Below, piece after piece: positions 23,771-35,278 of a stretch of DNA of 64,000 nt. The notes beneath the pieces were generated by a model. It saw only the letters and a program-made list of their open reading frames with translations. It ran no database searches and was not told the origin of the DNA. The stretch is from Anthoceros angustus (Eukaryota; Plantae; Anthocerotophyta). How positions within the stretch are numbered: the stretch's first letter is position 1; each line of letters begins with the position of its first letter. The DNA is taken from the NCBI GenBank assembly GCA_010909165.1, contig MU008162.1:248001-312000 (forward strand), in the 5' to 3' direction. The translations under genes were made by a program, and so were the position numbers.

Positions 23771-25489
23771 GTGTGTCCGCCAGAGTATTTCTTTCTTTCT
23801 TGAGCGTGAATGTGCTTGCTGAACTCCATTTCTTTCTTGGGCGTGAATGTGACCACCTCCACATGCATACATCCGCAAGACATTGTTGCCCGTCTTGCAA
23901 GATTTCACTAGAGCCTTGGCCAAAGTGCGAAACCATGCTGACCAACCTTCCATGTTAACGTTCATGCTGACCAAGTTCTAAACTTCTAACTTCTAAGCCA
24001 GGGGCAGGGCACTTGCAATATTAGCAAACAGCATTGTGCTTGCAAGCGCGGATTAGGATGGATGGGAGCGTGTGGGAAACGAAAGAGTGTTCTTGTCCTT
24101 GGCTCTGCCTAAGTAGCCCCCGGCTCCGACCGTTATCCGTCCAAGTCTTACATGGTTTGTCTAGCTAGCCTACTGGTGAGCCTAACTACCTACTCTGTCT
24201 ATCACCCACCCAGGCATGCCCTAACTTGTTGTGGCTAAGTCTTTGTCCTACAGCCCATTTGCTCCACTGACCGTGTGGCTCAGCATGTCCATCGAGCCAC
24301 CATGGTCGGCTCGTCCTTCACGGTTGCTCACCGTGACATCCTCCTTCTTCCTCTGAAGTGCTTCTCAAGAACTCTATGGTGTAATCTATTGCTATCCCCT
24401 CCTCCTTCCTCTAGACGGGACCCTTCTCACTGTTGTGCCCTACAGTTCACAAGCATTATATTGATTGTTGTCGTGCCTTCCCCTCCCCTCAACCAATTGC
24501 CAAACATGGGTGCATGTGGGCAGTTCCTCGAAATGTGATGTGGAGCTGCGCACAAGAAACACAAACCCTTGGCCAATAACTCTTCTTCATCCAGCTGTCC
24601 CAATTCAATTTGCCTCAGCTCTGGCTACTGATTTGCATGCATGTGCTGCAGATGTAACGGGCTGTCTAGCGCTAACGTGCTCCGTTTGCGGCTTCCAAGT
24701 TTGGCCCTCCTTCTCATGTCATCATTCTGGTAGGCTCTAGACCTTCATCAAACAGCCTACCCTCTCGCAGAGCTTGCTTGCTCTTGAACAGCCTGTGTCT
24801 GTGCTCTCTCATGCTAGGTCATTTGCAACCTTTGTGCATGTTCAGCAATCTCAGGGTCTTCTTGCTCTTCCGGAGAAAACCCTTGGATTCTGTAATTCTT
24901 CAAAATTGCTGCTAACGTTCGCTGACCCGTGCTACGTTTAGCGTTTACGGCTTTCGACTTAGGTTTTTCGTGACGTGGGCATTATTCTAATGATTTATAA
25001 AGTTGGAATTTTGCCCTTACAACCAGACCAGCAGGCTACAAAATTTATGGGCCGCCTCGATTAGCTGGTCAAATGCTGATCATCTGCTACGAAGTCATGC
25101 AGGATTGTGCGTCTGAAAATCCGACTTAGGTCTTAGCTTTGGCGAGCTGAAAAGTCTTTAAGATGATCGTGCCTTACTAATCAGCTTGGCCGACTCTCCA
25201 CTTCTCATCATAGCTTCGCCCCAATGTGTTGACTTCTCACATATATATGTACACCAAATGAGGCTGGCCCTGGGAGTTTATGTGGTAATAGCCTTGAGTT
25301 CGACTCTTTTAGCAAAAGAAGAGAAGAAGTTAGAGGGAGAAGAACACCACAGGCTTGCAAATTTCACGGAAGATGGTCCTTGATTTTTAGCGGAGTGGAT
25401 ACAAATGATACTAAGGCCTTATTCGTGGGCCATAGTATTGATAAATATAGCTTCGACCGTCAAAAAGGACTTAATGAAGTTTTATATTG

Positions 25490-25613
25490 TAGGGGAAAAA
25501 AAGACTTTATTATAAAAAAGAGATGGGAAAAACTCATCCACCCCAAAAACAAAGGGGGAAAAACCCAACGAAGGGCACCATGCCAAGGGGACTAGCCCCC
25601 ACGATCACGCATC
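25490..25613 (-). mobile_element. 5'-truncated 3' end of the CRE/RLE-like LINE family
   Basis: Near-identical to 31565-31684. Confidence 0.7.
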
Positions 25614-25730
25614 ATTATATATGGTATCTAATTTTATCCTGACATATGAATATAATATCAACTACCTAGTCATTTTCATTGTTTGAATTTACCATAAACA
25701 AATTGATAATTTTTCTACACAATCAATTGG

Positions 25731-27437
25731 TCAAAGCACACACCTACACAAAGGGCATGTTGTTCTTAACTTCCCAGATGTCCACCTACGTAAGCATACA
25801 TTGTGGAATACATATAAGTAACAAGTGATGGAAACTTCATTTTCGAGAGGATGGGGGCATACTTTGAAGGAATTTAATGAAGAGCAGAAGGAGCTTCTTG
25901 GCAAGAAGTTGGTTGCCTCATTGGTTGATTCATTTTTGATTGACGTGCATGTTGCAATAGCCTGCAGGCAAGCAGGAGATGGGGAAATGGGAGTGACAAT
26001 GGGCATGGCAATGGGAGTGACAATGGGCATGGCAATGGGAGTGACAATGCGCATGGCAATGGAAGTGACAATGCGCATGGCAATGGAAGTGACAATGGGC
26101 ATGGCAGTGGGAGTGACAATGGGCATGGCAGCATTGGCAAGTTCTGGGAGGTATGAGGTTGGCATGGCAGCGTTGGCAGGTTCCGAGAGGTATGTTGTCC
26201 CGTGGTGCCTCACCAAAGCCCTGTGAATACCTCACCCTGCGGGGAGGTATGTTGTCCTGCAGTGCCTCACCAAAGCCCTGTGAATACGTCACCTTGCGGG
26301 GTGGAATGTTGTTCCGCAGTGCCTCACCAAAGCCCTGTGATATGTTGTCCCGTGGTGCCTCACCAAAGCCCTGTGATATGTTGTCCCGTGGTGCCTCACC
26401 AAAGCCCTGTGATATGTTGTCCTGGTGCCTCACCAAAGCCCCTGATACGTTGTCCCGTGGTGCCTCACCAAAGCCCCGTGGATACGTTGTCCTGGTGCCT
26501 CACCAAAGCCCCGTGATACGTTGTCCGTGGTGCCTCACCAAAGCCCCGTGATACGTTGTCCTGGTGCCTCACCAAAGCCCCGTGATATGTTGTCCCGTGT
26601 TGCCTCACCAAAGCCCTGTGATACGTTGTCCCGTGGTGCCTCACCAAAGCCCTGTGATATGTTGTCCCGTGGTGCCTCACTAAAGCCCTGTGATATGTTG
26701 TCCCGTGTTGCCTCACCAAAGCCCTGTGATATGTTGTCCCGTGGTGCCTCACCAAAGCCCTGTGAATACCTCACCCTGCGGGGAGGTATGTTGTCCCGTG
26801 GTGCCTCACCAAAGCCCTGTGAATACCTCACCCTGCGGGGAGGTATGTTGTGCCGCAGTGCCTCACCAAAGCCCTGTGAAAACCTCACCCTGCGGGGAGG
26901 TATGTTGTCCCGCAGTGCATCACCAAAGCCTTGTGAAAACCTCACCCTGCGGGGAGGTATGTTGTCCCGCATGCTGTCCCGCAGTGCCTCACCAAAGCCC
27001 TGTGAAAACCTCGCCATGGCGGGAGCTATGTTGTCCCGTAGTGCCTCACCAAAGCTCTGTGAAAACCTCACCATGCCGGGAGGTATGTTGTCCCGCAGTG
27101 CCTCACCAAAGCCCTGTGAAAACCTCGCCATGCCTCTGACAAGCCCGCTCAAGGACTGTTTGAAAAACTCCACATGGAAATTGTTTCTTCTTTCGGGAGT
27201 GAAAGTGTTTCTTCTAGATGGTGAGTTGCGTTCTTGCCACCTCCATATAATAATACTTACTACTATACGAAGTATTATAACTACTATATATAACCAGTTG
27301 TTTGAAATATTGGAAATAATCGTAGCTGATACCTTTTGTAAAGTACATGTGAATGGAAGATACCCTACCATCATTGATAGCTGTTGTGTAATTAACGTCC
27401 CCGTAAAAAATATAAGAGCCCAGAAAAAAACTAACAT
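25731..27437 (-). pseudogene. ATL-like TM + RING-H2 gene interrupted by a ~1.3 kb SDHAF2-derived repeat array
   Basis: 27437-27160 encodes a hydrophobic N-terminus homologous to 34555-34820 and 35180-35400. 25826-25731 encodes FHNVCLRRW..TTCPLCR (RING C-half), homologous to about 35690-35760. Confidence 0.65.
25827..27160. repeat. Complex minisatellite derived from SDHAF2 exon 1/intron 1: 6 x 24-bp unit plus about 20 x 33-57-bp units
   Basis: The GTGACAATGGGCATGGCAATGGGA unit starts at 25993, 26017, 26041, 26065, 26089 and 26113. The core TGCCTCACCAAAGCCC(T/C)GTGA occurs about 21 times from 26205 to 27120 and is the reverse complement of SDHAF2 22762-22780. Confidence 0.92.
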
Positions 27438-28354
27438 TAAACAAGTAAATTGATGACTATATCAACATATAAAGTTAGATATACATATATAGTTGGAATT
27501 ATGCGTAAAATCCTTGGACCTTGGTTTCAGAATAAGATGATGATTATATCAACATATAAAACTACATATACATATGTAGTTGGAATTATGCATAAACTCC
27601 TTGGACCTTGGTTTCAAAATAAACTCATGATTATATCAATATATAAAACTACATATACAAATATTGTTGGAGTCATACGTAAACTCCACACTCTAGCACC
27701 ATATATATACACAATCTCATATCGTCTTATAAAGATCTAATTGTTCATATAATATAGAAGGTACAAGAAAAAGTTAAGTGAAGTGAAGCAATAGGATCCC
27801 ATTTTTAGTAGTTTATATTATAATATTTTCTTCTCATTTAGTAGTTTATAATATTTTCTAGTTTTACTTAGTATAGGAGAATCCGACCACTGTTTTAGTC
27901 TTCTGGGGTGTGATGTGTACAGAAAATTATTTTTTAGTGTTCTAGGGTGTGATGTATATAGAAATTGTTGGTGAATGGATGAGAACATTACAACAACTTA
28001 TGCATATGTAGCATATGTAGCACCTTTTTTTATTGGCAGTTTCTTTTCAGACTTTTATATTTTTCCCCAGTCTCTCCGTCCAAGTTGTTTTTCAGTGCCC
28101 ACCTCTGCTGCATGAATTTACTGCCGCGATTCTGTGATGCAACCAGAAACTTTGCTGGCAACAGGAGCCGTGCCACTGCACATCCGCACTTGTCCACCGG
28201 AACGCAGCCCCGCCTGCAGCCGGGCTAGCCAGGATTTCTGTAGCCCACAAATTTCCCAGCTCTTCCCTGTTCCAAGCTTTCCAAAGCGCTTCTGTGCTGA
28301 GTTGCGTGTGAGACGGCTCTGGTCCTCTGAGCACTGGCTGGTTCTTCATTATTC

Positions 28355-29885
28355 TCACGGTCGACCCTTACAACTGCAACCACCATTGGGGAATCGATGC
28401 ACACGATACCCATCCCTTACAACGATGTCTCTCTGTTCAAGCCTTGACATGATCTCCGTGGAACTGTGGCAGTCACTGCACATGCGCAGATTATTCGTTA
28501 CCACCAGAGGTGTCCCACTCGGAGTGTTCAAGAGACCAAACGCCAGAGCTAGTTTCTCAGCATGCAGCATCTTCCTTTTCTTTCACCAAACTTGTGAGGT
28601 ACGTGCCCTCCTTCCTGCTTCATACGTGCACTCGTGCTCTCTACCTTTAGCGCAATGTCATCTCTTCTTTCTCCCACCACAATGCTGTCCAGCATTGTGG
28701 TAGGGAAGCAGGGTCACATCCACAATGTCATCCAGTTGTCCATACACAACAAGCGCCTCATGTCCGAGCCCTTGCTCAGCATATCCTGCTATCAGGCCAT
28801 TCCATTCACCACATTCTTTGTGTTCATGCTGTCAAAAAGCTGGCGTGCATCTTTCAGTTCACCACACTTTGCATATCCAGAAATCAGGGAATTCTATGTC
28901 ACCACATTCTTTTTGGCCATTCTGTCAAACACCCGGCGTGCATCTTTTAGTTCGCCACATTTTGCATACATGTCCACCAGGCAGTTGCCAACAAACAAGT
29001 TAGTAGGAATGCCACTCTGTACCACATCACGGTGCACTCTTCTGCCAGATTCCAAATCGCCAGCAACTGCACAAGCTTCAAGGGCAGCTACAAAGACGTG
29101 AGCATCCGCCTTGGCACCTGACCTGCGCATCTCACGGTACAGTTGTATAGCCTCATGAGATTTCCCATGCTTGGCATATGCAGAGATTATGGAAAACCAC
29201 ATGAAGGCATTAAGTTTACGCACCCTGGTGAACACATTCACGGCCTCCTGCAGACTACCTCCACACGCATACATGCGCAAGACATGGTTCCCAAAGTATG
29301 CATCCAACTCGTACCCAAGTTTGACAGTGAGGTCATGAATTCGTCGTCCCACAACCAGATCCTTCTTAGCCGTACACAGTTTCAGCACATTGTACAACAG
29401 AGACTGAGAAACAGCAGAGTCTCTCTGCGCCAGAGATTCCAAGGCTCCAACGGCCTCAGCAAGCTTCCCCTGCTCACATAACATGCTCACGGTTCCAGCC
29501 GTCACGAGGCCCACTTCCGATCCTGCACGCCTGCCAGGTGCATGCTTATTCGAAGAGCCCGACTTGGAAGCAGAGGCTCCATGACCCATCTGCATATCCA
29601 AGGAAACGAGCAGTTCATCAACCCAAGCTTGAGCTTGTTTAACCACAGGACCTCGCCAGATTCTTTACGCCGGAAGTCAGGCGAACGGGAGCTCTTCTTA
29701 TCTCGTCTGTTATCCCACCACATGGTAGGGTCCAGAAACAATTGTTGCCACAAGTGCTTCGCCTCCTGGCAACGACCATCGCTGGAGAAGCCATCGCCAC
29801 CCACACATTTTCTCAAAGTGGAAGTGCTGGGCTCCTTACACTGCTGCACCTGGAGGCTTGGTTGTTTGCCACCAGTTGACTCCAT
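28355..29885 (-). pseudogene. Decayed paralog of the PDF-PPR-DYW:KP(GRP) gene
   Basis: WQQLFLDPTMWWDNRRDKKSSRSPDFRRKE, frameshift at about 29625, TGG>TAG at 28894-28896, a large internal deletion of the PPR/E region, then HAEKLALAFG..CSDCH..CSCKGRP. Confidence 0.9.
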
Positions 29886-30289
29886 ACAGTGCGGTGCGCG
29901 GGAGCTCCAAGTAACATCCCTCTACACACACAAATTTGTTGGGTCCATAACGGATCCGGTTGCCATACTGTGGCCATGGTTCAGGGACCGCCGTCAAACC
30001 ATGAGATGCCCAAATTCTGTGTATCGTCATGCCACCCTGAAGAAAGTAGTAATTTTATCTAACAAGGGAAAACGATGGGAAGAAGCCCATCCAGCAGGGG
30101 ACAACCAAGGAGGAGCCCACCCTGAAGTAGTATTTACATTGGATGTTGAGATGTAGTGAGAGGTGGTTTTATCCCCGCTCCTTCAATGAGTGTGATCGTG
30201 ATTATTCCTGCTCCAGCAATGCCATGACTTGAGTCATCACGTAGACAGTCACAGTAGACAAGACAACTCTACTGCTTGGTGCCTCACCT

Positions 30290-30420
30290 CGTGTTGCTTG
30301 GTGAACCACTTCTTCTGAAAAGTCATGTGTTGAGAGGTGCCCGAGTCGATGAACCGAGTATTAGGGTCGTGATTTGAGCAGGATACCAAGGCTGCAATGT
30401 AAACCTCCTCATAGAGCAGC
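30290..30420 (-). mobile_element. Ty1/Copia gag-pol fragment (protease-adjacent region)
   Basis: RFIDSGTSQHMTFQKKWF resembles the Copia W..DSGAS.HMT motif. Confidence 0.6.
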
Positions 30421-30519
30421 AAGCCATAAATTTGGAAAATCATTTCACTTCAACAAAACAAATTTTACTTATATATTTGGTGAAGCTTACTGGTAAAAAG
30501 CTCATGGGGATTAATGATC

Positions 30520-31086
30520 CCCCTGCTCTTTCTTGTCCTTGTGGCAACACAGTATCGGAAGTTGTTTCCGAGACGGCGGATCGTGCTCGCCGTGTTTTGA
30601 ACTTGAGAATTCCTCGTCTTGGTCATGATATTGTTGCACCACTTGTGGCTGCAAAGGAGTTTCTCAATAGGCTAGAGGTCGATGTGGTCGTTCCTCGAGC
30701 CTTCTGGCTTGGAAAGGATCCTGGTAGGGAGCGCATATTGATTATGACTATTCATTCTATGGATGATCGCCTCTAGGTTACGAAGGCTAGGTTTATGTTA
30801 CGAACAACTCAGTTGTATATCAATGAGGATCTTGCACCATGGCAATGGAAGACTAAGAAGGAAAAGTTACCCGCTTTCAGAGCAGCTCGTGTTGCAGGTC
30901 AAGTGGCTTGCTTTCGTGGGGTTGGCCCTCGTTCACGCAATTTCATTGACACTGTTGATTGATTGAAGATTATTTGTCTTGTTTGAATTTTACCTTTATA
31001 TTAGTCCAGACAGTTTACTGCAATCTATGTAGTTATCATAATTCAGTCCCATGACGGAAATCCGTCCTTAGTGGACTTAAATAAAA
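30520..31086 (+). mobile_element. Non-autonomous LINE derivative carrying only a decayed ORF1 (L1/L2-type RRM-CTD) and a hairpin 3' end
   Basis: ETADRARRVLNLRIPRL..RILIMT..LYINEDLAPWQ is ORF1p-like. There is no ORF2 before the terminus at 31045-31086. A second copy lies at about 60170-60950. Confidence 0.7.
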
Positions 31087-31322
31087 TTCTTCTTCTTCTT
31101 CTTCTTCTTCTTCTTCTTCTTCTTCTTCTTCTTCTTCTTCTTCTTCTTCTTCTTCTTCTTCTTCTTCTTCTTCTTCTTCTTCTTCTTCTTCTTCTTCTTC
31201 TTCTTCTTCTTCTTCTTCTTCTTCTTCTTCTTCTTCTTCTTCTTCTTCTTCTTCTTCTTCTTCTTCTTCTTCCTTCTTCCTTCTTCTTCTTCTTCTTCTT
31301 CTTCTTCTTCTTCTTCTTCTTC
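31087..31322. repeat. (TTC)n microsatellite of about 236 bp forming the LINE tail
   Basis: Directly visible; two small interruptions near 31271-31281. Confidence 0.98.
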
Positions 31323-31547
31323 ACTTACTACTTCAGTGATGTTGGCTTCCTCCGACTTGTCCTTGAGGCTCTATGGTCCCACCCTCCTTACCTTTGATTG
31401 CTTTTCGTTGAGCAGTAGGTGACTATATGTAGAAAGCTTAGTCGCTCGTGACTGAATGTAGAGAGCTAAGTCGCTCCCTTTCACCTTGATCCTCGGGGTC
31501 CTCCTTGGTTGTCCCCTGTTGGATGCGCTTTTGCTATCATTTTTTCC

Positions 31548-33021
31548 CCTTAATATAACATAAGAGAAAAGAAGACTTTATTATAAAAAAGAGATGGGAA
31601 AAACCCATGCACCCCAAAAACAAAGGGGGAAAAACCCAACGAAGGGCACCATGCCAGGGGGGACTAGCCCCAACGATCACGCATTTCAAAACTGCCCCCT
31701 CCCCGGTATTCTTGTCTAGCCTAAGGAGTTTCGACAAGTGGGTTATGCAGGTTTTAGGCGACATCATTGGCCCAGGCACCTTCGAGTGTGCGGCTGGGGA
31801 TCTAGCGAAGCGGCAGGCGTTCCTTCCCGTCGCTTTTGGGGGCACTGGTTTGCTGGCCACGGAGGCCTCTGCCAGCGCTTTCTTAGGAGTTGGGCCTCTC
31901 GCCCCATCTTGTCCTCCCGTTTCTTAATTCGGCATTCACATATCCTGGAGGCTTTTGTCACGGGCGTAGAGGACTGGACTTTTCCCTTGCAGGCTTCGCT
32001 AAGATTAGCCAGGGACTCTTTATCCTCCGAGGCGAGGGCTGCCATGCCGTCTTTTTTCTCGCTTCCCGAGGTTGGGCTTCGGGGGCTTCAGGCGTCCCTC
32101 CTGGAGAAACAGTACGGGCAGGTGCAGTTGGCCTTCCTCCGGGATTCTTCCATTCCTAGGCCCACTCGGGCTCGTCTTCACTTTTGGTCGGGGAAGAGGG
32201 CAGGTTCCTAGCTTCTGGCTCGACCCAGTATTTCAGGAGTTCCGCATCGCACCAGCAACTTTTTCCACCGCGATGCGTTTTCGCATTGGCTTGGTCCATC
32301 CTCTGGCGTGCTCTCTTTCAACTTGCAACCGCGGGGCCCCTCTCGATGACTTTGGGACGCACTTGGCTCGCTGTCCCGCGGGTGGGCAGCGTATCGCTAT
32401 GCATGATGCCGTCCGGGACGTCATGTTCTCTATTGCTAGGGAAGGCGGGTTCCTTCCATTTAGGGAGCGCCCTCACACTCTGCTCAATGGGGTCTCGCTT
32501 AGGGCAGATCTATTTTTGACCTGGGGGGATGAGGTTTTGGTTGCTGATGTGGTTGTAACCGATCCCACCTGGGATAGTGTATGCGAACATGTTATTCTTA
32601 ACCCTCCAGGTTGGGCGGCAGAGGGATGCGCGACGGCTAAGGTCCATAAGTACTCTCCTATGCAGGACGGCCACGCCTTCGTCCCCCTTGCCATTGAGAC
32701 TCACGGAGCCATGGGCAAGGATTTCTCTAGGTTCGTCAAGGCCTGTGCCAAGGATTATCATAGCCGCAAGAATGGGGTTGGCCTCCCCCTTTCTTGTATT
32801 ATTGCCTTCTTCCGGCAAAGGGTTTCCATCGCTCTGCAGAGGGTGTCGGCCAACGCATTGTAGAGAACGACAGCGAGCGAAGGGGATGCAGCTTCTTCGA
32901 CACCGGTGGTAAGTAGGCCTTTTCACATCCCTGACCACGGAGTTCTTCGGGCGGTCCGTTCGGAGACGGTACCCTGGCCGATGCGCAAAACAAAAGGAGA
33001 GGAACCTTTATATAACATAAG
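31548..33021. mobile_element. 5'-truncated, 5'-inverted CRE/R2-like (restriction-like endonuclease) non-LTR retrotransposon with 17-bp TSD
   Basis: + strand 31685-32985 encodes QAFLPVAFGGTGL (post-RT), C..C......D.FG.H...C (CCHC), MHDAVRD, RADL..VADVVVTDP, KVHKY and FVPLAIETHG. The 3' end is inverted at 31565-31684. TSD: CCTTAATATAACATAAG (31548-31564) / CCTTTATATAACATAAG (33005-33021). Confidence 0.8.
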
Positions 33022-33246
33022 GGCTACTCCACCCTTATAACTATATCCCTTCTCTCACAAGAATTCTTTACTTTTCCCCACATACAATTGCAATAGGCCT
33101 GTAACAAGGAGCCCCTCTCTCTCTCTCTCTATCATCCTCCCCCTCTTTACACCCCTTTTGACAACTATTTGTTTATGGTTCACCCTACCCTCTTCATTAC
33201 ACCCTGTCTTGACAACTATTCGTTAACGTTGCCCACACCAGAGCAG

Positions 33247-33410
33247 GAACAGGACCTGCAATTCTCACCTCTCACTCTAACCACATAACTATTCCATTTC
33301 TTTATCGATATTTTTTACTTGTCTACACACACCATGCAGTCATTCCACTCCTTTATCTCTAGAATAGTCTCTCTCACTTAGTCTTACCCAATCACTCCAA
33401 CATACTTTCT
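33247..33410. repeat. Dispersed ~165-bp repeat (LTR-like), second copy at about 36957-37122
   Basis: AACAGGACCTGCAATTCTCACCTCTCACTC..CTTGTCTACACACACCATGCAGTCATTCCACTCC..CCAATCACTCCAACATA is present twice. 31400-31475 also matches 36900-36955. Confidence 0.8.
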
Positions 33411-34554
33411 ACCCTTTGCCCCTAACCAATTACTCCAAGTCACCTATACATGGGTTAAATAATTTTTCCCAAACCACAATTGCAACATGATTGTAACGAA
33501 GAGTATGTCTCTCTCATCTCACTCCATCTTGATATTAAGTAATTTTATTTGGATTATATTGGTTGAAAATTATTTTTATTGTATACTAGAGCATTCCTAG
33601 TCTAACTTAATGCTATTCGTCGCGTCAGACGACGCGTCTATTGTCGGGTCTCTCCAGGATGGCCTGTCGTTGCCATCGCTTATGAACGACATCGTCCAGT
33701 CTCTCTATCCGTCAATTGTCCGCGCATCGCAGGCACACGTCCTCCCGGGTGCCCTGCGTCATACCCTTAGTATGTGCCACCCAAAACTAGTCCCCCAACA
33801 CACACAACTTACCCACTCATGCACTTGCTTCACCTCCATGCCGTAGAATCCATTCTCTTTTTCATCTACGATGTTGGTTCAGATCGTGTCGGGCGACCTT
33901 CCGGCCCCCGCGCACTCTCCCAAAATGTAGTACCTCCGCTCGCTAGTTCTCGATCGATCCCTAGGGTCACACAGCTCAGTCACCCACATAGGCTTGCACA
34001 CCCATAGCCACGGAAGAACATGCTACACGTTCATCCTCACAAGATGACGGCCTCCCGCCGAATCCAAGCGATCCACAAACTACGTTTGGCAAAACTGAAC
34101 ATTTGGTTCGGTCCTCGTCCTGCTATCTCTGGTTTAGAGGCAGGTTTATGTTGCACGAATACCATGACCTCCTTAGGAAAAGGAACACGAGGAATGAAAA
34201 CTTGGAGGCAGACTGCCAAAGTCCACAAAAGCTAATCCCAGTTACGTCAATCTCAAAAGCAGCTGCGTATTTTTCTACGAGCTAGAAATCGTTGATAAAC
34301 GTTTAAGTATCATCAGATTATTGTTTTATTAGCAGGTTTTTGTGGACTTTTGTATTTTTTCTATCCTAGGATGCGATGGGTATAGAAAGTTACTTTTTTT
34401 GTTACTGAATTGATGGAAAATTTACATTCCACTAAATTTAGAGGGCCCTGAACAACCTTACAATAACGTATGCATATGTAGCATATGTAGTTTGCATATG
34501 TTGATATAATCATCAGTTTATTTTTTTATTAGCAGGTTTTTGTGGACTTTTGTA

Positions 34555-34820
34555 CTTTTTCACGGGAGATCAATTACACAACAACTATCACTACATTTAG
34601 GGTACCTTTAATTCACATGTAATTCAAAAAGGGTACTAGTCGGTTACGACAATTTCCAACATTTCAAACAACTTGTTCTTTATACTAGTTACAATGTAAT
34701 ACTTGGTATAGTAGTATAGTGATATGGAGGGGGCAAGAACACAACTCACCATAAAAAAACAATAGGCTAACTCACGAAAGAAGAAACAATTCACATGTTG
34801 TCTTTCTCAAGTTGGAATGA
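34555..34820 (+). pseudogene. Truncated N-terminal fragment of the ATL-like gene family
   Basis: DNA matches the reverse complement of 27160-27410; no RING follows. Confidence 0.6.
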
Positions 34821-35278
34821 ATCACAGCAGAAAATGAATGGCCAATATGCCTTCATTCATTTGAAACTAGAAATTTTCCATCGATTCACCAACAAAAAAT
34901 ATAACTTTCCATGCCCATTGCATTCTAGGATACTAAAAACGTGGTCGGATTCTCCTAAACTAAGTAAAAATAGAAAATATCATAAACTATTAATTGAGAA
35001 GAAAATATTGTAATATAAACTTCTAAAAATGGAATCTTATTGCTTCACTAAACTTAACTTTTTATAGTACCTTCTATATTACATGAACATTTAGCTTTTT
35101 ATAAGACGATACCAAGCCTGTGTATATATTGTGCTAGAGTGCTAGCTAGTTGTAAGTTGTATACCCAAGGTGCTCTTGTTTACCCGTGTGATTTTTTATG
35201 GGGAGGTGAATTATACAGCAACTATCAATAAAGTTACAAAATTTTTCATCTACAAGTATTTTACAAAGGGTATTAGTC

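Noticed and set aside
26183-27130. Repeat-spacer look resembling a CRISPR array
   Set aside because: The apparent spacers are related to each other and to SDHAF2, the context is eukaryotic, and there are no cas genes.
26521-27453. 310-aa plus-strand ORF (SRGASPKPCDML)n
   Set aside because: It is open only because the units are multiples of 3; it is antisense to the ATL/SDHAF2 frame and has no independent support.
28894-28896. Premature TAG in the PPR paralog possibly repaired by RNA editing
   Set aside because: Restoring Trp needs A-to-G, not U-to-C. The gene is nuclear and also carries a frameshift and a large deletion.
31043-31397. Poly-Arg/Lys and poly-Leu/Phe ORFs
   Set aside because: These are translations of the (TTC)n microsatellite.
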